From Takakia lepidozioides (taxonomy: Eukaryota; Plantae; Bryophyta): a DNA stretch of 64,000 bases. A program made the translations under genes and the position numbers. Under the pieces are notes generated by a model. It ran no database searches and had not been told where the DNA came from. It saw only the letters and a list, made by a program, of their open reading frames with translations. The stretch spans positions 15,252,001 to 15,316,000 of the forward strand of contig CM060732.1 in NCBI GenBank assembly GCA_030704615.1. The letters are read 5' to 3'. This document shows, in pieces, positions 1 through 12,442 of this stretch (position 1 is its first letter; each line of letters starts with the position of its first letter).

Positions 1-1809
1 ACAAGCATCAATTTGCTGGGTGTGATCTGCTGTTCACCATTAGGGAGGCCTGCCAGTTCATCCTTTTTGTCTCCTGTCTGTGCTGTAGCTCCCAGCTACA
101 GTTCCATCCCCCTTCAGCTCCACCTCCTACCACAGGTCATCTCTGCAGCTCTCTTTTAGCTGCACATGATCTCTTACAAATAGGGGAGCCCCATGGCCAT
201 TCTGAATTCTATCCCTTTCTGCTCTTTTACAGTGTGGACATTGTCACTTCCACCTATTTTATTTGTCTCGACTATGGCAAGCAGTGTCTGAGCCTCCTGT
301 ACAATATGTGATCCATGCCTTGTGTTTTCAACAATCTTAGTTAGAAGCCATAGATCAAGGCAGAATTAAGACTTGAACTTCATTGAACATTGACAGACAG
401 AAAAAGAGCTTGTAAACATGATTGAAACGTCTATCAACGAGTTCAATTGTTCAAACATTAACAGTCACATGTTCTTACCTTGCAATGCAACAAAACAAAC
501 CTTGAATGTTTAGTATCTACTTTACTTCTATTTTCCATCCAAAAAATGTTAGTACAAGCTACAAAAGAATATGCAGCAGATGCTATCCCTCCATGGCAAA
601 TGTTGGTCTTCTCCATCCTATTCAACAATCATGACTCTTCTCATTTCCACTGGATCGAGCAAGAAAGTCTAAATTAGATGGACTCCAAATGACCATGTGA
701 TAACTGCAATCTCAATATTCTTGGCTGGAATGACATGTATATGCAGAACTGGACTGGACTGAACTCTACTAATTGCACGTACATCTGGAATCGCTTGAGG
801 GCTGTGAGCTTGGAACTGATTAGTAACCAATCTCCTTGCCGCACCTCCACCATTCGGGCAGGCAGTCGACACGGCGCCGTTACTTTAGCGCTCTACAGCT
901 TCGGCCACAATGGCAACGCCTTTCCTTACCATTTCTTAGGGATATGTAATCTGTTGCTCCTCAAATTCTACGGTAATTCAAACAACCCCAACATCCGATA
1001 ACAGCTTCAGATGCCTTTATCCCTCCTACAACCATTCATCATTCCACAGTTTTAGACAAGGTTACCCGCTCTATCCTTCCTCTACTCTAATCTGAACCTC
1101 GGAAAGCAAGAATTCACAACACTGTATTCTCATTGTGTGTAAGATTGTCAGTGCCCACTGCTTAGAGCGCTGCACCTCTCTAGGGGTTTCTAGATTCTTG
1201 CCTGCTAGTTGCTACCCGTTTTCCATCTAACTACATATGAATATTTAAAGATGGAACATATCTTCATCCAAATGTAACTTTCTACATCCATATTATACAT
1301 GGTTCAACGTTCCAACGTGCCCTAATTGACTCGCTTCTCTCTCGTCGTCTTCTCCTTCTCCAAGCCCTTGATGAAGAACTAAACCTCTCGTCTTTCTGGT
1401 TGGGGATGCAAGCGGAAGATTAATTTTTTTTTGCCCCATCCACTCGGGACATCGGTGTAGTATTCCGAGAAGTAGTGTTTCATATTTGTTTTGTTTGCAT
1501 TGGAATCACTTTGAGGTGAATTGCAACCATTGCAGCCCTTGCAGCCTTGTTTTTTGTGTGCAGAATGCTTTAGGTGGCTTACGTCCGGCAGTTACGCAAG
1601 GCCTTCGCTGGCGAGTCTTGATGCAAAGGGACAAGACTATCGTTTTTGAACCCGAACAGTGTCCGGATATCAGCATACTTTTGAGTTCCGATAGGCTAGT
1701 GCAATCATTGGATTCATTCAGTCTCTCCTACAGATATACATTCTCACTGTGCGTTTGCCTTTGATCTCATGATGTCTCATAATTGTTATTTGCAATTCCA
1801 AATTGCCGG

Positions 1810-1836
1810 GAGAGAGAGAGAGAGAGAGAGAGAGAG
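1810..1836. repeat. (GA)n microsatellite
   Basis: Uninterrupted run of GA dinucleotides. Confidence 0.95.
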
Positions 1837-3449
1837 CAGTTCCCTGTAAACATTCATAGTGGCCTATCCATGAGTGTGCAGTACCCTTCTAGGAAACTTC
1901 AGTCCACCATGGTTCTTGAGAATCAACCAGTGCACACCACCGACGAATCCAGCTTCGTGCATTGACATTGACGTTATTAGAAAACATGAGGTTAGAACGC
2001 AGACAGGAAGAGAGAGGATCTGACCATTTTGAGGGCAGGAGCAAGCAGCAGGGTAGATGTCAAGTTCTTGCCAATGGCCCCTGGTTTGCACATTTTGAAA
2101 GCTGAGTTGGTGAGCAGGTGTTGGGGAGGCTGGCATCACAGCTATCAATAGTGTTGCAGGGCAAGACTCTACCTATATATCTATATTTATTCCTTTGAGA
2201 TTTCCCTGATGACCTTTATTTGTTCTTGAATTTACTTGCTTAGGTAATTGCGTCTCCAGCCTTGGCCGCCTGGTTTGCTAAGATTGGGGAGAGATATAAC
2301 AACAGGCCATCACAACTGGCTGTAATGCAATGACTGGAAGGAAGATTCACTGTTTTGTAACTGTAAACTGTAAATTTTGTTTGACTGGGAATTGTATGAA
2401 CAGAGGATGTGGGACGGGCATCACTACAACTTTCAGAAAGTTTAGTTGAAGCTCTTGGTTCCCTAATCAGTTGTCAATTTTTTATTGCTGGAATTTCTGC
2501 CGGGCACCAAATCTGGTCGGCCCCTTTCTTTGAACTTTTAAAAATAAGTTGGATTAATAAAACCTTCCAGATTTTCGCATATTGACTGGACTGGCTTATG
2601 ATTTCAGATATGAACCGTTGTGGAAGGACCTGCAGACTTTTACTCAGGACGGGTGACAATAAAAGAACGCAAGGAAACATTTGCGGACGAACATCTTGCA
2701 AAAAACAGCCCCAAATCCTACAGGTATACAACTCCAGATGGAAATCATGTGGGTAATTCATCATGAAATATCACAAGTAATTTTTTTGCTGTTTGGGAAA
2801 CTCGGTTTGCAATGCCTAATAGACCAGATGCACTGACCTGCATGTTTACATGGTACACAGAACCTACCAGGCTTCTTGCTATCACTGTCAGGTGGCAAGC
2901 TCTATAGGAGCTGGTTATGGCCATCAATGGCTTTCTGAGTTGGCTATGTAACTTGCTGGCTGTGTCAAAACTCATAGCTAGTCTTAAGGATTCCTGGCTA
3001 CGCTTCTCACACTTGAAACTAACGAAACTGGACAAAATGCCCAGAGCTGAACAAGCACTACTTGCAAACTCTCTGTGCAGCATCTGACTTTTTGGTGCCT
3101 TCACATAATCGTAGCAATTTAGCCACTGATGTCACTTGCCATATTTGTTCCTCTACAGTGAGGTACACCACATTCTCTTTGCAGGTGCTCATATGATTGG
3201 CAAGGCTTTCCTCATGCTTTTGGGCTTGCCAGGAGTTTGTCAGTCTTCTGAGTGAGGAGGAGATTAAAACAAATTACTTGCGTTCACTATAAATTTAGTT
3301 TCTGGGAATCCATTTGGTATGTGGCTGTGCAATTGCAGTCAGTTCCATTAGCTTGGGGAGCTGTAAGTCCTGTTGATGAGCAATGGAAGATCAAGGAAGG
3401 AAGGTTTACTGCCAAGATGATACCAGGTAGCAGTGGCCCCCTTTCTTTC

Positions 3450-5288
3450 CTCAATGCTGTTGGCAAGACATTCTGCAGAGTTATAAGTACTCGTCTCGAG
3501 GTTGATCTGGAGTCTAGAGGTTGTTTCCACGAAGGCCAAGCTGGCTTTCGGCGAAACAGGGGCTGTGTGGATCATATCTTCACTCTAAGCCAGATTATCC
3601 AGGGAAGGAAAAAAGAAGGGAAACCCACTTACGTCTTTTTCCTGGATGTCAAAAAGGCTTGACAAAGCATGGTTTTCTTAACCTCAGAGTTGACCCCTCT
3701 GCAGTGGAAAAATTTAGTGAGCCCCAGAGCTTTGCCCTTGCCAGTTTGAACAACTTTTCGGATATGTGCATCCCAATTACAATTGGAGGAGAACTCAACG
3801 CCCAGGTAAGTGTAGGAAGGGAGGACCGGGATCTCTTGGCTACCCCACTGCCACTTAAGATCACTTCCTCCCTCTCCTCTGTCGTTGAATGCTACCACTG
3901 CACATTTGCTGACATTAGCCTCTAGCCCCCAAAGATCAAAGTATCTCTTCGCGCAATCAATCAACTCCTGGAGATTGGTTGGAGTCTCCCCTATGCCTGC
4001 AAAGTCATCCGCAAACATAAGGGCTGGTATGGTGGTATCTCCCACCCTTAACCCAAATCCCTCACTTTCCACATCCTCGAGGAGTTGATTGATGAAAACA
4101 TTGAAGAGCAGAGGGGAGAGAGTACATCCTTGAGCTACACCTTGGTCTATGTCAAAGAAGTTGGACTTCTGTCCGTTAACAGTGACACAGCTTTTGGTGT
4201 GAGCATACAAGTTGTGGACAACTCTCCACATCTTTCCCTTGATCCCAAGAGACCAGAGGCGGAACCATAGGCCATCTCTCCACACTGTGAGAGGGGATTT
4301 TGAATTTTGCCTTTGTTGATTTGGTTTAGCTGTGCTGGTGCTATATGGGTTGATAACTCCAACCAGGCTAAGTCTCTAGAATCCATTCAAGTGGGGGTGC
4401 TTAAGGAGTGTATGTCAGCATGCTCCAAAACAGCCAATGTGGCTGTTCGGGGTGAGTTTGGCATTCCGTCCTTAAGCTCCCGACGAGATGAATTCAAGGT
4501 CAGATGGTGGGGTCAGCTGCAACATATGCCCAACACCAGATATCCTAAATTAATCGACTCTATATCTTGGAAACAGGACCGCCCTGTCAAACAGGCTAAG
4601 TCCTGGCAGAAGAGAGTAGAAGAGATCCTCAAGGACCTGGACCTGGATCCGCAAGTCTTGACCCTGCTGGATAAATCTGACTTAGAGGCTGTAGTGTCTT
4701 CAGCCATGTCTGTTGCCATGAGATTGTCTGATGAAAATGAAGTTAGGCAGAAAACTTCCCTGAACTTGTTTCCAGTCTGTGACATGGGGGAGGACATCTT
4801 GGATGACCTCAAGGGTCTACCCACTCTCGGCACTAGACTGAAATTTAAACTCAGGGCAGGAAGCCTACCTTTGAACAGCAAACAGAAGCAGAGAGGAAAG
4901 GGAGAGTGCAATGGCCCGTTGTGTGGGCAATCTGAAGACAGTATTCATTTTCTGATACACTGTCTGGGGTTCTCTCACCAAAGAGACGCTCTCTTCAAAT
5001 CTATTAAGGGAATTGTGCCTGTACCCCTGTTTACCAACTTTGAAAGTCTCGAGGCTGAGCCAAAAGCCCAGGCCCTCCTGAGGCCTAGTTTTTGGGCAAA
5101 TCACACACAGCAGATTGATGCTTGTGTGAAGGGATTTCTAGAGGATATCTGGAAAACCCGGATTAAGGTAAGTCTTACTACCAACGTCAGCCCCTGACAG
5201 AGGTAGGTTCTGTCCCTTTTGTTCCCGCTCAAACTGGGCGCGGGGTCAATGGCCACAAGGCTACGGCAAACAACGTCTTATGAGTACA
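3450..5288 (+). mobile_element. 5'-truncated LINE (APE-RT-CCHC, RTE/RTEX-like), copy 1, with an internal inversion
   Basis: 3450-3660 (+) encodes the RT N-part (QAGFRRNRGCVDHIF...FLDVKKA). 3661-4289 (-) encodes WRDGLW...GVAQGCTLSPLLF...FADD...YLGV. 4339-5197 (+) encodes the C-terminal region with a C/H zinc-finger-like motif. The 3' end GGCCACAAGGCTACGGCAAACAACGTCTTATGAGTACA is shared with the other copies. Confidence 0.92.
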
Positions 5289-5439
5289 ATCTTTATTCTT
5301 TGTTGTATTGTCAGTGGTGGCATTGTGCGTAAGGGCAGCTGTATGATATACATATGCTTTGGAGTCATACTGTGGGCATCACAAGGAAGTTACAGGTCTG
5401 ATGGCCCTCTTCTCTCTCTTTGCTCATTTTTACTGCAAA

Positions 5440-6723
5440 CATCTTGTGGGAGCTGTGATGGCAGCATTATCTACTGGCTTGTCGGGTAATTACCTCTCCA
5501 CTTGGACTCATGTCTAAAATAATTGTCATTGTTAGACGCTTCTTTATCTGAGTCACTACCGAGGACTTGTATCAGTCTGTTTTGTTAAATTTTGACCGTG
5601 GTCTGCAGTCACAGCAAGCAGGGCGTGATTAGGAAGCGTTTGTACAAGAAGGGGGGTTAGGCGTGAAGGACCACAAGCGGAAGTGGCCAATGCACATGAA
5701 CACAACGTGTGGGATCTGGCGTGGCATCCCATAGGGCATATTCTCTACAAGTATTTTTCAAGGATCCCCACTATATTGGCAAGACTCCTGAAGGTAGTGC
5801 ATCTTTGCAAATTCCTGTTACTGTCTCATTCTGGAATCATTCACATTCTAAGAGATGTTGACAACAGTGGAGGTGGGGAAGGATTATAGAGTTCACCAAG
5901 TATCCATACAGCCTAGAGGATTCTTCCTCAGTCTTCAAATTCCAAATTTTGTACTAGTTAGTTGATAATATCTGGATAATATATTGGGTGACTGCAATCA
6001 GTTTCTGGTCCTTCAAGATTGGGTGTGGCAATTATTGATTGGCTGTAGACCTTGAGTTCTGTACCTAGTGACATAAGTGGCAGCGGATACGTATGATGTG
6101 AACGGTGGGAGCAACGACCACACGACCAAGTTCTGGTGTAGAAATCGTCCTGGAGAGACTCTTCGAGATAATCGTCATAGCAACCTCCATTTACAAAGTG
6201 AGGTTTTCACCACATATTTGAATTTTTGAAGGTTTGTAATTGAATTTTTTTTGGGAGTGCAGGACCCTTAAATAGCACCTGAGCTTCCTTACTTGCATGC
6301 CAAGTTGGGTCTCTGGTGCTGCATTCCAACTTTCTGAAAATTGCTCCTGAGATGAGTGTGGACTTTTTCCCACTTCTCATACTCCTGCAACTTGTTGTCA
6401 TTGTTCAAAGGAGTTGAGTTGGAGGAGAGGCAAGTGATGCTTGATACGGCTATTTGTTAATGATGCGATGGACATTTGTTGGACTGGGAGTAGGAGCCAG
6501 TGCGACTAAGTCACAGGCAGTGGGGACTAACAATTTGGGGAGTTTTGTGGGAGGCGGGCCAGGCTCCATACCAGGTGTTGGCATGGCTGGATCCAGGTGT
6601 GGCTGCTAGGCCACCAGTGCAAGGTATGATGTCAGCTTCAAATCACCTTGTACAGGGCCATATCAGCAGCAGCCGCCACCACGACCCGTGGGACCACCAC
6701 AACCTCCACCTGGGCCATAGATA
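5440..6723 (+). pseudogene. FY: FY / WDR33 (polyadenylation WD40 protein) 3' fragment, intron-containing and disrupted
   Basis: Exon pieces GSCDGSIIYWLVG (about 5448-5486), EGPQAEVANAHEHNVWDLAWHPIGHIL (about 5661-5750), [17 protein letters not shown] (about 6107-6190) and GSIPGVGMA plus a Pro-rich tail (about 6560-6720) match plant FY. There is an in-frame stop in the last piece, and I found no upstream WD repeats. Confidence 0.8.
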
Positions 6724-7484
6724 ATTTATTTTGAGATTTTTTGAATTAAGCTGGCATTTTTCCCAAAGACACCAATTGCAACAGTGTACGAGAGTCCATG
6801 TTGATCAGCTTGGGACCTTCAAAAGAGAAATGTGAAGTTGAGACATGAACTACATTGATTTCATACTTTTCAAGGTCCAATTGGCCTTTGAGTCATTATA
6901 AATGGACGATAGTTGAATTGGGTAAAATTCATAGGCTTCACATCAAATGAAAATCCTGCAAGGACGTCAATGTAGTTTTGAGAGCTACAAATGTGTGAAT
7001 GGATTTGAATAGTGATCCTTAAGCACCATATTTGTGCTTGGGATTGAGATCAATCAAGCATGCACGGAGATAATATGAGTATGTTTCAAGCCATCACTTT
7101 CGTGTGAAGAATTCACTTAAAATGATATGTGTTGCACCGTCACTTACTTTGCGTTGTAATAATTTGCATTGATAAGACATGAAATTCGTAGAGATGCAGT
7201 TAAACATGATTTTGGCATGGAAGTAGTATCCCATCAGTTTGTATCAAAATTAACACGTAATCCATGTCGTAATAGAGCAAACGTAATTAATGTCATTCTC
7301 ATGCCATCAAAGTGACGTATATCACATGGATGATTTGTTTGACGACATCCGTACCACAATCGGTAGGTATTCGTGGCCTAGCAAATTAGAGATGTATATA
7401 GAGCAGACTGGTATGGAAGTTTTGTGATGGGGCTGGTACCAGGACCAGTTTGGTATGTCCTAAACCTGATACCAGACCAACACT

Positions 7485-7860
7485 GGTGCCGACTTATCTC
7501 CGATTATGAACACAAAAAATCAGTTTGGGTTTAAGTTCATCAATAAATTAGAAGTCGGTGCCGACTCATCTTCGACTAGGAATATACAAATCAGTTTGGG
7601 TTAAAGTTGATCAAAGGGAGGGAAAGAAAGAAGGAAAGAAAGATAGAGAAAAACCTATAAGTCGGCGCCGACTTATCTTCGACTATGAACACAAAAAATC
7701 AGTGTGGGTTTAAAGTCGGCACCGACTTTAACGATCGGAGAAAAAAAAACCAAAAAAAAAAAACAAACAAACTATAAATCGGCGCCGACTTATTCGAGTT
7801 TGAACACAAAAAATCAGTATTTTCATTTTTCTTAAGAAAAACCTATAAGTCGGCGTCAAG
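7485..7860. repeat. Cluster of AGTCGGCGCCGACT palindromes in dispersed repeats (transposon subterminal remnant)
   Basis: About 6 copies of (A)AGTCGG(CG/TG/CA)CCGACT(T), several followed by TATCTTCGACTATGAACACAAAAAATCAG-like sequence. Confidence 0.75.
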
Positions 7861-9146
7861 ATTCTAGAGCAAATACTACATTTCATCCAAATAGTATTCC
7901 AAATACTGTATTTCATCCAAATAATGTTGTTTTTATCTTTGCTCATGCTCATGGTGGCTTGAGTGGTGGGTAGCAGTGGTGGGTAGCAGTTTGACAGCTA
8001 GGATCTCCAACAATGTCAAGTGAAATATGGTGTATTGAACAATTGGTATCGAATAACCAAAATACATCAACTAGTGTACACATGATTTTGTACATGTGAC
8101 TTGCAAAGTGGTACAATAATCGACATGCTTCTCGAGTAACAGTTCTACAATTTGTCCAAACTGGTTTTCTTAAAGATTCACATAACATGGACGTCATAAA
8201 ACCACGATTTGTCTCATCTGCCATGTAAGTTATGTAATTTCCATTTTTTTCTATAGACAATATTTGGGGAGCTTGCAGTTGTTCAGGGGTGGAAGTAGTA
8301 AACGTGGCTTAAGACTTAAAGGTCCTAGTTGAGACTTAATTTGAACATGAGGCAAGCAGGTGTGGTGATCAATGCACAGCTCGATTGTGGGCTGCTTGTT
8401 GCTTGGCGGGCCCGTCCTTGTGATCTTGTACACTTATGTGTTGGCAGCAGCCATCTCTCACCTCCGACCGTGTCCTATGTTCCTGAATGATCTGAGAAAG
8501 AGAGGAAACATAGAGGAGAAAGTTATAATAGTGGAGTCTTAAAAAGAATGAGGGCCAGAGACACCAAATTCAGAATCAAAGGGCTCTAGAATTAGAGTAA
8601 TCATAGCGCTCGAGACTTCTTATTATTAAGGTTCAAAGAGCCGAGTCCGCACACAAAGGATAGTAGATGAGTGTTTCCTAGTCACCTCACCACTAAAATC
8701 TCTGCCTAAGCCAAATCAAGCTGCAGCACGTACCTTCAATGACCACTGGAAAATACCTGGTGAGCATATAGCTTGTCTGTTGTCCGATCTCAATTTCTCC
8801 GTTCTTTTACTTGGGGTACTCCAGAGTTGAGTAATCCACGCTCATTTGACTGTATGAAATGGGGGTCGGTCTGTGCAGATGTTATACTGAGTGGTCTGAG
8901 CTGGGAATTAGAGCTGATCTTTATTTCGTACATATACATCAAAATTGAAATCCACATTTAATTACTCTTGAGATCATAGATGTCCAACAATATGGAAGCT
9001 GGGGGTCCATAAATGATACCAGTGAACATCCCAGCGAAGTCAACAGAGGAGGAAGGTGAGGAGGATTAACCTTGAGTCTCTTATGCCTCAAGTAGATCCT
9101 CTTAAATTCCTTACCATTGTGTCCTACATTTTGATTTTCACTGATA

Positions 9147-9588
9147 CCATCCCTTATCAACCATTTAGGCGATAATTAATTCAAATTGAAAGTGCCTAAT
9201 GCGTTTTGGGAATTTTTCAAAATTTGGCCTAATTGCACGGAAACCAGTGTTCTTTTTCTGGAATTTGAAAAAAAGCGTGAGTGGCTACAGAGTTTGGCAA
9301 AAAATAGCCATACATTCTGTTCATCCATTGAAATTAGGACAGAATCATCCATGTCCGTACATAAATCCATTTATATCATCCATATTTGGTGAATTCATCC
9401 ATAATTTATTTTTCATTTGGAGAAATTTGACTATTTCATCCATGAAAAAACAGGGAATTTGCAACAGAAAATTTCATAGCATGAAGATGCCTAATGTGAG
9501 AAATGGTTTGAGAAACGTGCCTAAACGACTCGTTTGGTTTTTAATAATTATTAGGCACAAAAATGCCTAAACGGTTGATAAGGGACGG
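9147..9588. mobile_element. Tc1/mariner-type MITE with TA target-site duplication
   Basis: Terminal inverted repeats CCATCCCTTATCAACCATTTAGGC and GCCTAAACGGTTGATAAGGGACGG (22/24 match). TA flanks at 9145-9146 and 9589-9590; the empty site would read GATATC. Confidence 0.88.
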
Positions 9589-9820
9589 TATCTAACGTGA
9601 TAAGTAATGCTTCCAACCAGATTTGTGCTCAACGTTTGTGAGGTTCTCCAGCCATTAGTACACATAATCCTCCTTAGCCCAGTTACCCTGATGCTGATCT
9701 CTCTCTCTTTCCGTGCACAACTTTGCACGTTATTGTCTTTACAGGCCAAGCTGGATTGGAGCAAGTTAACCTAGAGAACCCATCCAAAAGGCTAAAATCG
9801 TTCATTACTAAACTCAAACA

Positions 9821-10876
9821 ATGGCTTGGAGGGAGAACTTGGTTTCACCGGCGCTAGTCGTGGGGACGGTTGTTGCCACCCTTTTGGGCCGATTCTACTT
9901 TGTGGGAGGCGGTTCGAGGTTATGGCTTTATTCTGCGATTGTCACAGCGGCATGGCCACTTGGAGGAGTAGTTCTTGTCGCACTCTACTGGCAGGAGGGG
10001 ATCTGGCTGACGCACCTCAAAAGTCTGAAGCTTATGGGGATCTATGTAGCCCTCGGTTTCGTCTTTGGAGTCGATAATCTCTTCTACACCTAGGGAATGT
10101 CATACTTGTCAGTGTCAACGTCGACAGTTCTGAGTTCCAGTCATCTCGTCTTCAATGCAGTCTTCGCATATGCTTTGGTGGGTGAAAAGATCAATGCTTT
10201 CACTTATAACACAATACTGGTCGTTACCTCAAGTGCCATTGTTTTGGGTCTCGATTCGGCGTTTGACAAACCCCCTGGAGCGTCCCCAACACAACATGTA
10301 GTGGGCTTTGCAATGATGATCGCAGCGTCGGCTCTCTACGGGTTAGTTCTTCCTTTGCAGGAGCTGGTTCTTCGCAAATTCCCCCGGGAGAACACCTCAC
10401 TGGGGCTTGCGCTCGAAATACAGACCATGGTAGGACTCTTTGCTACTTTGTTTGTCGTTATTGGGATGTGTTTCACAGGTGACTTTCCAGCGATGTTACG
10501 AGAAGCGAAAACATTTCAGGGAGGGGAGACAGTGACCGTAGTTGGGGGCGCAGTGGGTTGGGAGGTTGCGCTGGTGGGTACAATTGGAGTCATCTTCCTC
10601 ATCTCGTCGTTGTGTGCGGCGGTGCTCGCAGCAGCTATAATCCCGCTCCTGTCTCTATTGGCAGTCATTTTCTTCCACGACAAGTTCGGGGGCATCAAAG
10701 CTATGTGCATGGTGCTCGCACTTTGGAGCTTTGTTTTATACATCTATGGTGGGTATGTTTCATCCAGGAACCAGATGCAACGCATTGCTCCTGACTGCAA
10801 TCCCCCAGATGCATTTGAACATTTTCCTAAGAGACAGGATTCAGGCTTGTCTGCCTTGCTGATTGCTCCGCAGTAA
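9821..10876 (+). pseudogene. Purine permease (PUP family), intronless, with a premature TAG
   Basis: PUP motifs ATLLGRFYFVGGGS, DNLFY*GMSYLSVSTSTVLSSSHLVFNAVFAY, ASALYGLVLPL and LAVIFFHDKFGGIK. ORFs 9821-10093 and 10097-10876 are in one frame, separated only by TAG at 10091-10093. Confidence 0.85.
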
Positions 10877-10952
10877 TTCCCCCTGGGGCAAGCGAGGTTG
10901 GGTAGCATGTGAGCCGCGGGCGTGAGCACAGAGGCATATTCTGAATATTCCA

Positions 10953-11237
10953 AAAGATTTTGGAGAATATGCGATTGCAAAACCAAAATGCACGCACGTG
11001 GTAAGAAATACGAAACTATCTGAAAACCGTGCTCACGCAAAAACATTCATGAAATTAATTGTCCAAAGCTTAACTTCTGCTCAAGCTTAAGTTCTGGCAG
11101 ATATATTGTGGGTTGTGTAAGCTTTGGACAATTAATTTCATGAATTTTTTTGCGTGAGCACGGTTTTCAGATAGTTTCGTATTTCTTACCACGTGAGTGC
11201 ATTTTGGTTTTGCAATCGCATATTCTCCAAAATCTTT
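10953..11237. repeat. Near-perfect inverted repeat (about 120-bp arms, 45-bp spacer)
   Basis: 10953-11072 is the reverse complement of 11118-11237 with about 2 mismatches. Confidence 0.93.
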
Positions 11238-11507
11238 CACCTATCTGCACCCATATATCCAGAACCCATATATTGTGGGTTGTGTATTTGAAGATGGCCG
11301 TCTGTTAGGAATTCATGAAGTTGTATTTAAGCAGGTTCAGGCTCAAGAGTTAATAGGCATGGCTACTCCGAGTCGTCAATGGTGTAATTTAACAAAATTT
11401 TGGTCTGAAGCAAGCATAACTTATGGTGTCACTTCCCCACCAGCCTAACGGCCGTAACCGGAGCACGCGGGTGCCTTTGGAAGCCCCCCATACTTGCACA
11501 TTAAGTG

Positions 11508-11844
11508 TAGGGTAAAGAACCAGGGCAAGGGGGTTCACCAGTTTAAGCCCCCTATAGAGATGAGGGTAGAGCCCGAGTCTTAGGGGGCAAAAACTGATGA
11601 ACCCCCGCGCCCCGATTCTTTACCGAGCATGTAAAGCACTGCCAAAAAAATTTGTTTGTATTTATCGTGCTGTTAAAAAGCAGAATCCATCGGGGTGCCA
11701 GAATGCACCCCATCAACTCCCTCGAGTGCATTCCAAAATGCTGAATGCACTGGCCATTAGATTTTTTCTAAAAAAGTTGGCATTTCTTTACGCAGGGTAA
11801 TGCCCCTCGCGTCAGTAATGCCCTCCACTCAGGCCATTACCCTA
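11508..11844. mobile_element. Small non-coding element with TAGGGTAA/TTACCCTA termini and a hairpin at each end
   Basis: Left hairpin 11511-11624 (44-bp arms, about 80% match). Right hairpin AGGGTAATG...CATTACCCT 11794-11843. The outer 8 bp are mutually inverted. Confidence 0.45.
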
Positions 11845-11953
11845 TACAAAAAACGTTGTCGTGCTCCCCGTAACACACTCGCCAGCCTAGCACGGGCGTT
11901 CCCAGCTGTAACTCACTCAGGGTCCTAACGAGTTAGGATTCACCAATATAAGC

Positions 11954-12442
11954 GGCTCAGAATTTTGTGTGGCCTCGTCCTAATGAGGCTGTCAGGTGAT
12001 GGGGCCCACCATCTCTAACGTAGGAGCAAACTACCTTCATGCTTTGATGACTTAGAATTTTTTTGGCATATGAAATTTACAACTACCTCCATGGAGGAGT
12101 TTTAGGATTTTCTACATGAAGGTAGTTGCAAAACCAAAGCTGAACAAGAAAGCTGAACTACCCTGGTATGAGAGTAGTTACAAACTACCTCCATGGAGGT
12201 ATTAGTCAGCGCCAGCCACCGAACCACGTTTGGGGAGTAGTACCCGAAACGTACATCGCTACCATCACCATCAACCTATACCAACAGACCACAACCTCCA
12301 CGATGCCAACAAATTGTAGTTTTTTTTATATATAAGAGAAACAGGGCAATAGGGATCGTTTTAATGTAGTGGGGGCCCGCTGTCAGGTCCCTATCCCCTC
12401 TGTGCGGCCTCGCTTCGACGAGGCCACACAAAATTCAGAGGC
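11954..12442. mobile_element. Mutator-type MITE with 9-bp TSD
   Basis: TIRs GGCTCAGAATTTTGTGTGGCCTCGTC and GACGAGGCCACACAAAATTCAGAGGC. TSD AATATAAGC at 11945-11953 and 12443-12451. Internal AACTACCTCCATG repeats. Confidence 0.88.

Noticed and set aside
1-3440. Short ORFs and possible exons at the window start
   Set aside because: No recognisable domain or consistent splice model; may be degraded gene sequence.
10091-10093. RNA editing or selenocysteine read-through of the PUP stop
   Set aside because: Nuclear gene with a TAG codon; plant C/U editing is organellar and would not restore Trp, and selenocysteine uses TGA.
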